This document shows, piece after piece, positions 49,252 through 61,300 of a stretch of DNA of 64,000 nt. Position 1 is the stretch's first letter. Every line of letters starts with the position of its first letter. The stretch covers positions 113,276,001 through 113,340,000 of the forward strand of contig NC_086108.1 of assembly GCF_963921235.1 (NCBI RefSeq), written 5' to 3'. The notes below the pieces were generated by a model, which saw nothing but the letters and a program-made list of their open reading frames with translations, was not told the DNA's origin and searched no databases. The stretch is from Mobula hypostoma (lineage: Eukaryota). A program made the position numbers and the translations under genes.

Positions 49252-50585
49252 CGACCATAAGACATAGGGGCAGAATCAGGCCATTTGGCCCACAATGTCT
49301 ACTCCGCTATTTCATCATTGCCGATCCATTTTCCTTCTCAGCCCCAATCTCCTGCCTTCCCCCCCGATCTCCATGCCCTGATTAATCAAGAAGATATCAA
49401 CCTCTGCCTTAAAAATACCCAGTAACTTTGCCTCCACAGCCATCTGTGGCAACAAATTCCACAGATTCACCACTGTCTAGGTAAAGAAGTTTGCTCTAGT
49501 CTCTGTTCTAAAAGGACATCCCTCTATTCTGAGCCTGTGTCCTCTGGTCTTAGACTCTCCCACCATAGGAAACATCCTCTCCACATCCACTCTATTAAGG
49601 CCTTTCAACATTCAATAGGTTTCAATGTGATCACCCCTCATTCTTCTAAGTTGAATACAGGCCCAGAGCCATGAAACGCTCTTCATATGACCCTTTAATC
49701 CTGGAATTATTTTCACAAACCTCCTTTGAGCCCTCTTCGATGTCTGCACATCTTTTCTAAGATAAGAGGCTCAAAACTGCTCACAATCCTCCAAGTGAGA
49801 CCTCACCACTGCTTTATAAAGCCTCAATATTACATCTTTGCTTTTATTTTCTAGTCCTCTTGAAATGAATGCTAACATTGCACTTGCCTTCCTCACCACT
49901 GACTCAACTAGCAAATTAACCTTTAGGGAATCCTCAACAATGATTCTCAAGTCCCTTGGCACCTCAGATTTTTGAACTTGCTCTCCATTTAGAAAATAGT
50001 CTACTATTTCATTTCTTCTACCGAAGTGCGTGACCATACACTTCCTGACATTGTATTCTACCTGCCACTTCTTTGCCTATTCTCTTAATCTGTCCAAGTC
50101 CTTCTGTAGCCTTTCTACTTCCTCAAAACTTCCTGCCCCTCCACCTATCTTCACATTGTCTGCAAACATTGCTCCAACACTATCAATTCCATCATCCAAA
50201 TCATTGACATATAGAAACATAGAACATAGAAAACCTACAGCACAATACAGTCCCTTCAGCCCACAATGCTGTGCTGAACATGTACTTACTTAGAAATTAC
50301 CTAAGGTTACCCACAGCCATATAACGTAAAAAGAAGCGGTCCCAACCCAGACTCCTGTGGAACACCACTAGACATTGGCAGATGACTAAAAATAGGCTTC
50401 CTTTATTCCCACTCTTTACCTCCTGCCAATCAGCCAATGTTCTATCCATGCTAGTATCTTTCCTGTAATATCATGGGCTCTTAACTGGTCAAGCAGCCTC
50501 AAATATGTCTCCTTGTCAAAGGACTTTGGAAAACCTAAGCACACAACATCAACTGATTCTCCTTTGTCAATAGTACTTGTTATTC
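49252..50585 (-). mobile_element. Degenerate CR1 3' half with a small nested CR1 tail insert (~50211-50320)
   Basis: HFGRRNE.VDYFLNGE...KVNLLVESVVRKASAMLAFISRG...RSHLEDC; tail on + gaccataagacatagg. Confidence 0.85.
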
Positions 50586-51264
50586 TACTACGGGTCTCTA
50601 TTATGTGCTGAGAGGGGAACTAGGGCAGGGAGATGGGAATCACGGTTGGGAAAAGGGGAAGAGAGAGGGGAGGGAGTGGGAAGTGCCAGAGGGACATTCT
50701 GTAATGATCAATAAACCAATTGTTTGGAATCAAGTAACCTTGCCTGATGTTTCAGGGCTGGGTGTGTCTGCACCCATGTGACCCCCCCCCCCACCCCGGC
50801 ACTCTGCCCTCACCATTCCCAACATTCTTGGCTCCCACCAGATTTACAAACTCGCTCTCAGCTCCACATTGAAAAATGCAGGACTGTGCTAAAGTCTTAG
50901 GCACCATAGCTCTGAATATTTGCACAGTACTATATATAATTAAAAATAATTTAAATAAATAGTGCAAAAAGAGAGCAAAAAAAAAAGAAAAATAGTGATG
51001 TAGTGTATGTGGGTTCATAGTCCACGAAGAAATCTGATGGCAGAGGGGAAGAAGCTGTTCCTGAAACATTGTGCTGTGTGCTTCTGCCTCCAGTAACTTT
51101 GGAACACACTTTGGTGTGTGTTGGCTCACTTCAGAGAGAATAGGAAACACTTTTAGCTTTGTGGAAAATCAGTTAATTGAGCAATTATTTAGTCCTCGCT
51201 ATTTTTCTCACTGACATTTTTCGTTCACGATACTGAGATGCAAAAAGTGTGCGTAATATCTTAC

Positions 51265-51329
51265 CTTGTGAGTGGACTGGTATAATTCCAACAGCCATGC
51301 ATATTGCAACCAGGAAGAGAGGCTTTTTC
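51265..51329 (-). CDS. col24a1: col24a1 small upstream exon (probably exon 2) encoding the signal-peptide hydrophobic core
   Basis: Acceptor ccttgtctgttttctctccag|G, donor CAAG|gtaaga. 65 bp = 1 + 21 codons + 1, reading KKPLFLVAICMAVGIIPVHSQ-G. The phase-1 end matches the phase-1 start of the 13887-15220 exon, giving ...VHSQGIDILQNLGL, like the COL24A1 signal-peptide/GIDIL junction. Confidence 0.88.
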
Positions 51330-51523
51330 CTGGAGAGAAAACAGACAAGGTTAGTCAATCGTTACAGTTACTGCATCAGAGTCATAGAGTAGAAAAACAG
51401 GCCCTTCAGCCCATTACATCTCTACTGTACCATCAGACTTTAACAAAATGGAGTTTATTCTCTGCACAAGTCTACCTGTGCACTGGTGCAAGAAAAACAT
51501 CAATTATATACATTTTTAATAGA

Positions 51524-53610
51524 ACCTGTATCTCACCGTGCCTGTATCCCACCATGCCTGTACCTCACCGTACCTGTACCTCACTGCACCTGTACCTGTG
51601 TTTTACCATCCGGTACCTCACTGTACCTGTACCTCACCGTACCCGTACCTCACCATGCCTGTATCTCACCATGCCTGTACCTCTCCGTACCTGTACCTCA
51701 CCGTACCCGTACCTCACCATGCCCGTACCTCATCGTACCTGTACCTCACCTTACTTGTACCTCACTGTACCTGTACCTTACCGTATCTGTACCTCACTGC
51801 ACCTGTCTCACCATGCCTGTACGTCACCATGCCTGCACCACACCGTACCTGTACCTCACCTTACTTGTACCTCACTGTACCTGTACATTACCGTACCTGT
51901 ACCTCACTGCACCTGTACCTGTGTTTTACCATCCGGTACCTCACCATGCCCGTACCTCACCATGCCTGTATCCCACCATGCCTGTACCTCACCGTACCTG
52001 TACCTCACTGTGCCTGTACCTCACCATGCCTATACCTCACCGTGCCTGTATCTCACTATGCCTGTACCTCACTGTGCCTGTACCTCACTGTGCCTGTACC
52101 TCACCATACCTGTACTTCACCATGCCTGTACCTCACCATGCCTGTACCTCACTGTACCTTTACCTCACCGTACCTCACTGTGCCTGTACCTCACCATGCC
52201 TGTACCTCACTGTACCTTTACCTCACCGTACCTCACTGTGCCTGTACCTCACCGTACCTGTATCTCACTGTACCTGTACCTCACCATGCCTGTATCTCAC
52301 TGTACCTGAAGCTCACCGTACCTTTACTTCACGGTACCTGTACCTCACCGTGCTTGTACCTCATGGTACCTGTACCTCACCATACCTGTAACTCACCATG
52401 CTTGTACCTCACTGTACTTGTATCTCACTGTACCTTTACTTCACATACCTGTATCTCACTGTACCTGTACCTGTATTTCACCATGCCAGTACCTCACTGT
52501 ACCTGTATCACACCATACCTGTACTTCACCATGCATGTACCTCACTGTACTTGTATCTCACTGTACCTTTACCTCACCGTACCTGTACGTCACTGCACCC
52601 GTACCTCAATATACCTGTACCTCTCAGTAACTCTACTGTACTCTACCTATATCTCACCATACCTTTACCTCTCCATACCTGTGCCTCTTCATACCTGTGC
52701 CTCTCCGTACCTGTACCTCACTGTACCAGTACCTTTCCATACCTGTATCTCACTGTACCTGTTGCCTTACTGTACCTGTATCTCACCATAGCTTTACCTC
52801 ACAGTACATGTACTTCACTGTACCCGTACCTTACTCTACCAATACCTCACCCTACCTTTACCTCACTGTGCCTCACCATACCTAGTCCTCTCTGTACCTG
52901 TGCCTCACTGTACCTGTTCCTCACTGTACCTATACCTCACTGTACATGTACCTCTCCATACCTGTACCTCACCGTGTCTGTACCTCATCGTGCCTGTACC
53001 TCACTGTGCCTGTACATCACTGTACCTGTATCTCACTGTACCCATGCCTCACTGTCACTGTAACTCACCATACCTGTTCCTTACCATAACCTTACCTCAC
53101 CCTATCTATACCTCACTGTACCTGTGCCTCTCTATACCTGTGCCTCTTTGTACCTATACCTCTCCATATCTGTATCTCACTGTACCTATATCTTACTGTA
53201 GCTGTTCCTTACCATACCTTTACCTCACCCTATCTGTACCTCACCGTACCTGTGCCTCTCTGTACCTGTACCTCACCGTAGTTTTACCTTACTCTACATG
53301 CACCTCAGTCTACTGTTACTCTCCATACCTGTGCCTCTCCATATCTGTATCTCACTCTACCTGTACCTCATCAGACTTTTACCTCACCCTACCTGTGCCT
53401 CTCTGTACCTGTACCTCACCGTACCTTTACCTCAGTCTACATGTACCTCAGTCTACTGTGACTCTCCATACCTGTACCGCATCAGACCTTTACCTCACTC
53501 TACCTGTGCCTCACCATACCTGTACTCTTCTCTACCTGTACCTCTGTCTACCTGTACTGCACTCTACCTGCACCTCACTCTACCTGTGCCTCACCGTACC
53601 TGTACTCACA
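51524..53610. repeat. Degenerate minisatellite/satellite, ~2.1 kb, built from CTGTAC / CTCAC sub-units (e.g. CCTGTACCTCACCATG)
   Basis: Directly visible; homogeneous at the left and increasingly diverged to the right; internal block duplication with 323-bp offset (ttttaccatccggtacc at 51601 and 51924). Confidence 0.95.
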
Positions 53611-55304
53611 GTATGAACTCAATATCAACATTGTGCTCTTAAGAACAATCTGTTACAATTTACATTGACACAGCACCTTTCAGTGCCCTTGCTTTGCAGA
53701 AAGAAAATGTGCCCACTCTGCAGGGAGAATGGCCCAAATTCAGAGAAACACACACAGAATGCAGGTTGGACTCAGCTGGTTATGGAAGGAAATTAAAGTT
53801 GGTATTTCAGGCGAGACTCTTCATCGAGACCAGAAAGGATCTAGGCTACATCACCATGATCAGTAAGTAAATTTTAACCAGCAATAAATTCAATGCTTTC
53901 TCAGCCAAGACTTTGATAATATTGTACAACATCTACGAGAAGCACTGGCACAGGAAAGCAGCCTCCGTCATTAAGGATTGAGGCCATGCTCTCTTCTCGT
54001 CGATGTTAATGGGAAGGATTTACAGCAGTGAGTAGCCTGACTAGCTGCATCACAGAACGGGATGAAAACACCAATCACCCGGAACAGAAAAGTCTACAGA
54101 AAGTGGTGGATACAGCTCAGTCGGTCACAGGCAAAGTTGAGGACATTCACAAGGAGCAGTGCCACACAAAAGCAGCATCAAGCAGCAAGGACCCCAGCAT
54201 TCAGGCTATGCTCTCTTAAGAGAGAGAGGTGAAGGAGAGGAGCTTTACTTTGATACACACAGCGGAATACAGTCACTTACATCAAAGCAAATCAGTGAGG
54301 ATTGTACTGGGGACAGCCCATGTGTGTCACCACACTCCCAGCACCAAAATAGCCAACTCTGCAACTCAATAACCCAAACCGGTACGTTTCTAGAATGTGG
54401 TGGGAAACTGCAGCACACAGAGGAAACCCACAAGGTCACGCGGCGTATATACAAACTCCTTCCAGACGTCAGGAATTGAACACAGATCTCAAAGCTGGAT
54501 TACACTAACTGTTACATACTGTGCCAGGCCGTTTATCACAACTACCATCCGGCACGAGCGACTGGAGCCTCAGGTCCTGCACCACTGGGTTCAGGAACAA
54601 TCCCTGCCCTACAACAAGCAGACTCCTGAAGGTGTGTGGAAAACATGACTCACCACAACACTGAACTGATTCCACAACCGACAGACAGCAACCCATCTTC
54701 TCAGTATTATTTACATATTTGCAAAGTTTGTCTTCTTTTGCATACAGGTCATTTACCACCTTTTTGTTTATGTAATGTCTATTGTAAATTAAGTTGTTCT
54801 ATTGCTTTATTTTCCTGTAAATGCCACAAGAAAATTAATCTCACGATAGTCTACAGCGATACATATGTACTAGGAAAATAATTAATAATAAATGATTATC
54901 ATAAATGATAATCAATTTTACTGTAACTTTGATGTTGATTTCCTGTACTAAGCGATTCCAGAAGTCCTTCATGATCTAAAGATAACTCACAGTGACCTTT
55001 TGGCCCATCAGTCTGTACTGACCACATTCATTTAAACTGATTCCATTTCATTCTCCCCACATTCTCATCAGCTCCCCTCTCACACGCATTGGGGAAAATT
55101 TACAGAGGCCAATTTAGACACCAAAAGGCAGGAGTTTGAAATCAATATATACTTCATCGCCAGAAACTTCCATTCCTGACATCAAGCTCAAACATTTCTG
55201 TTCACAGTAAATAACAGAGGTCATTAACAGGAGTTCATCCCAGCCAGGCCAGATGAGAGAAGAATGTGTAACATTCTTCATGTAATCATTTCATTTTAAA
55301 TTCT

Positions 55305-58300
55305 CACAGAACGTAGAATAGAATAGAACAGAACAGGAACACAGAACGGTACAGAACAGGAACATAGAACAGGACAAAACAGGAACACGGAACAGTACAG
55401 AACAGGAACACGGAACAGTACAACACAGGAACACAGAACAGAACAGAACAGGAACACAGGACAAAACAGGAAAATGGAACAGTACAGAACAGGAACAGGG
55501 AACAGTACAGAAGAGGAACACAGAACAGGACAAAACAGGAACACGGAACAGTACAGAACAGGAACACGGAACAGCTCAGAACAGGAACACAGAACAGTAC
55601 AGAACAGGAATACGAAACAGTACAGAACAGTAACAGGGAACAGTACAGAACAGGAACAGAGAACAGAACAGGAGAGGAACACAGAACAGGACAAAACAAG
55701 AACACAGAACAGTACAGAACAGGAAAACAGAACAGAACAGAACAGGAACACTGAACAGAACAGAACAGGAACACGGAACAGTACAACACAGGAACACAGA
55801 ACAGTACAGAACAGGAACACGGAACAGTACAGAACAGCAACAGGGAACAGTACAGAACAGGAACAGAGAACAGAACAGAAGAGGAACACAGAACAGGACA
55901 AAACAGGAACACAGAATAGTACAGAACAGGAACACACAACAGTACAGAACAGGAACACAGAACAAAACAACACAGGAACATAGAACAGCACTGAACAGGA
56001 ACACAGAAAACTACAGAACATGAATATAGAATGGTACAACACAGAAACATAGAACAGTACAGAACAGGAACAGAGAACAATACAACACAGGAACACAGAA
56101 CAGTACAACACAGGAACACGGAACAGTACAGAAAAGGAACGTGGAACACCACAGACCAAGAACACAGAACAGTACAGAACAGGAATATAGAACAGTACAA
56201 CACAGGAACACAGAACAGTACAGAACAGGAACAGAGAACAGTACAATATAGGAACACAGTACAGGAAAAGGGAACAGTACAGAAAAGGAACATGGAGCAG
56301 TACAGAACAGGAACATACAACAGTACAGAACAGGAACAGAGAAAAGTACAGAACATGAATAGAGAACAGTATAACACAGGAACACGGAACAGTACAGAAC
56401 AGGAACACGGAACAATACAGAACAGGAACACAGAACACTACAGAGCAGGAACACAGAACAGTACAGAACAGGAACACAGAAGGGTACAGAACAGGAACAC
56501 GGAACAGTACAAACAGGAACACAGAACAGGAATATAGAACAGTACAACACAGGAACACAGAACACTATGGTACAGGAACACAGAACAGTAATGGACAAGA
56601 ACACAGAAAAGTACAGAAAAGGAACAGAGAACAGAAGAGAAGAGGAACAGATAAAAGTACAGAACAGGAACAGAGAACATTGCAGCACAGAAACACAGAC
56701 CGGTACAGAACAGGAATACAGAACAGTACAGAACAGGAACAGAGAACAGTACAACACAGGAACATAGAACAGAACAGAAACACAGAACAATACAACACAG
56801 GAACATAGAACAGCACAGAACAGGAACAGAGAACAATACAACACAGGAACATGGAACAGTGCAGAACAGCAACATGGAACAGTACAGAACAGGAACGCAG
56901 AACAGCACAGACCACGAACACAGAACAGTACAGAACAGGAATATAGAACAGTACAACACAGGAACACAGAACAGTACAGAACAGGAACAGAGAAAAGTAC
57001 AGAATAGGAACACAGAACAGTACAGAACAGGAAAAGGGAACAGTACAGAAAAGGAACACGGAGCAGTACAGAACAGGAACATACAACACTACAGAACAGG
57101 AACAGAGAAAAGTACAGAACACAAACAGAGAACAGTACAACACTGGAACACGGAACAGTGCAGAAAAGGAACACGGAACAGTACAGGACAGGAACATGGA
57201 ACAATACAGAACAGGAACATGGAACAGTACAGAGCAGGAACACAGAACAGTACAGAACAGGAACACAGAACAGTGCAGAACAGGAACATGGAGCAGTACA
57301 ACACAGGAACATAGAACATCACAGAACAGGAACACAGAACAGTACAGAACAGGAACATAGAACAGAACAGGAACACAGAACAGTACAGAACAGGATCACG
57401 GAACAGTACAGAACAGGAACATGGAACAGTACAGAGCAGGAACACAGAACAGTACAGAACAGGAACACAGAACAGTATAGAACAAGAACACGGAAGGGTA
57501 TAGAACAGGAACACGGAACAGTACAACACAGGTACACAGAACAGGAACACAGAACAGTAAGGAACAGGAACACAGAACAGTACAGAAAAGGAACAGAGAA
57601 CAGTAGAGAAGAAGAACAGATAAAGTACAGAACTGGAACAGAGAACACTGCAGCACAGAAACACAGAACAGTACAGAACAGGAATACAGAACTGTACAGA
57701 ACAGGAACACAAAACAGTACAGAACAGGAACAGAGAACAGTATGGGACATGAACAGAGAACACAACAGAACAAAAACATAGAACAATACAGAACAGGAAC
57801 ACAGAACAGTACAGAACAAGAATACAGAATGGTACAGAACAGGAACAGAGAGCAGTACAACATAGGAATATAGAACAGAACAGAACAGGAACACAGAACA
57901 ATACAACACAGGAATATAGAACAGTACAACACAGGAACACAGAACAATACAACACAGGAACATAGAACAGCACAGAACAGGAACAGAGAACAATACAACA
58001 CAGGAACATGGAACAGTGCAGAACAGCAACACGGAACAGTACAGAACAGGAACACGGAACAGCACAGACCATGAACACAGAACAGTACAGAACAGGAATA
58101 TAGAACAGTACAACACAGGAACACAGAACAGTACAGAACAGGAACAGAGAAAAGTACAGAATAGTAACCCAGAACAGTACAGAACAGGAAAAGGGAACAG
58201 TACAGAAAAGGAACACGGAGCAGTACAGAACAGGAACATACAACAGTACAGAACAGGAACAGAGAAAAGTACAGAACACAAACAGAGAACAGTACAACAC

Positions 58301-61300
58301 TGGAACACGGAACAGTGCAGAAAAGGAACACGGAACAGTACAGAACAGGAACACGGAACAATACATAACAGGAACATGGAACAGTACAGAGCGGGAACAT
58401 GGAACAGTACAGAACAGGAACACAGAACAGTGCAGAACAGGAACAGAGAACAGTACTACACAGGAACATAGAACAGTACAAAACAGGAACACAGAACAGT
58501 ACAGAACAGGAACATAGAACAGAACAGGAACACAGAACAGGATCACGGAACAGTACAGAACAGGAACATGGAACAGTACAGAGCAGGAACACAGAACAGT
58601 ACAGAACAGGAACACAGAACAGTATAGAACAAGAACACGGAAGGGTATAGAACAGGAACACGGAACAGTACAACACAGGAACACAGAACAGTAAGGACCA
58701 GGAACACAGAACAGTACAGAAAAGGAACAGAGAACAGTAGAGAAGAGGAACAGATAAAAGTACAGAATAGGAACAGAGAACACTGCAGCACAGAAACACA
58801 GAACAGTACAGAACAGGAATACAGAACTGTACAGAACAGGAACACAAAACAGTACAGAACAGGAACAGAGAACAGTATGGGACATGAACAGAGAACACAA
58901 CAGAACAAAAACATAGAACAATACAGAACAGGAACACAGAACAGTACAGAACAAGAATACAGAATGGTACAGAACAGGAACAGAGAGCAGTACAACATAG
59001 GAATATAGAACAGAACAGAACAGGAACACAGAACAATACAACACAGGAATATAGAACAGTACAACACAGGAACACAGAACAATACAACACAGGAACATAG
59101 AACAGCACAGAACAGGAACAGAGAACAATACAACACAGGAACATGGAACAGTGCAGAACAGCAACACGGAACAGTACAGAACAGGAACACGGAACAGCAC
59201 AGACCATGAACACAGAACAGTACAGAACAGGAATATAGAACAGTACAACACAGGAACACAGAACAGTACAGAACAGGAACAGAGAAAAGTACAGAATAGT
59301 AACCCAGAACAGTACAGAACAGGAAAAGGGAACAGTACAGAAAAGGAACACGGAGCAGTACAGAACAGGAACATACAACAGTACAGAACAGGAACAGAGA
59401 AAAGTACAGAACACAAACAGAGAACAGTACAACACTGGAACACGGAACAGTGCAGAAAAGGAACACGGAACAGTACAGGACAGGAACACGGAACAATACA
59501 GAACAGGAACATGGAACAGTACAGAGCAGGAACACAGAACAGTACAGAACAGGAACACAGAACAGTGCAGAACAGGAACAGAGAACAGTACTACACAGGA
59601 ACATAGAACAGTACAAAACAGGAACACAGAACAGTACAGAACAGGAACATAGAACAGAACAGGAACACAGAACAGGATCACGGAACAGTACAGAACAGGA
59701 ACATGGAACAGTACAGAGCAGGAACACAGAACAGTACAGAACAGGAACACAGAACAGTATAGAACAAGAACACGGAAGGGTATAGAACAGGAACACGGAA
59801 CAGTACAACACAGGAACACAGAACAGTAAGGACCAGGAACACAGAACAGTACAGAAAAGGAACAGAGAACAGTAGAGAAGAGGAACAGATAAAAGTACAG
59901 AATAGGAACAGAGAACACTGCAGCACAGAAACACAGAACAGTACAGAACAGGAATACAGAACTGTACAGAACAGGAACACAAAACAGTACAGAACAGGAA
60001 CAGAGAACAGTATGGGACATGAACAGAGAACACAACAGAACAAAAACATAGAACAATACAGAACAGGAACACAGAACAGTACAGAACAAGAATACAGAAT
60101 GGTACAGAACAGGAACAGAGAGCAGTACAACATAGGAATATAGAACAGAACAGAACAGGAACACAGAACAATACAACACAGGAATATAGAACAGTACAAC
60201 ACAGGAACACAGAACAATACAACACAGGAACACGGAAGAGAACAGAACAGAACAGGAACAGAGAACAGTACTACACAGGAATGTAGAACAGTACAAAACA
60301 AGAACAGAGAACATTACAGAACAGGAACAGAGAACATTCCAGAACAGAAACACAGAACAGCACAGAACAGGAACAGAGAACAGTACAGAACAGGAACTGA
60401 GAATAGTATGGAAAAGGAACAAAGAACACAACAGAGCAGACACGAAGAACAGTACAGAAGAGGAACACAGAACAGTACAGAACAGGAACATAGAACAGTA
60501 CATAACAGGAATACAGAATGGTACAGAACAGGAACAGAGAGCAGTACAACATAGGAACATTGAACAGAACAGAACAGGAACACAGAACAATACAACACAG
60601 GAATATAGAACAGTACAGAACAGGAACACAGAACAATACAACACAGGAACACGCAAGAGAACAGAACAGGAATACGGAACACCACAGAACACCAACACAG
60701 AACAGCACAGAAAAGGAATATAGAACAGTACAACACAGGAACACAGAACAGTACAGAACAGGAACAGAGAACAGTACTACACAGGAACATAGAACAGTAC
60801 AGAACAGGAACACAGAACAGTACAGAACAGGAAATAGAACAGAACAGGAACACAGAACAGTACAGAACAGGAACACGGAACAGTACAGAACAGGAACACA
60901 GAACAGTACAGAACAGGAACACAGAACAGTACAGAACAGGAACACAGAACAGTACAGAACAAGAACATGGAAGGGTATAGAACAGGGACACGGAACAGTA
61001 CAACACAGGAACACAGAACAGAACAGGAACACAGAACAGTAAGGAACAGGAACCCAGAACAGTACAGAAAAGGAACAGAGAACAGCAGAGAAGAGGAGCA
61101 GATAAAAGTACAGAACAGGAACAGAGAACAGTATGGGACATGAACAGAGAACACAACAGAACAAAAACATAGAACAATACAGAACAGGAACACAGAACAG
61201 TACAGAACAGGAATACAGAATGGTACAGAACAGGAACAGAGAGCAGTACAACATAGGAACATAGAACAGAACAGAACAGGAACACAGAACAATACAACAC

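Noticed and set aside
51272..53642. ORFs of CTSPYLYLTVPVPH repeats
   Set aside because: Translations of the CTGTAC/CTCAC satellite, open in all three frames.
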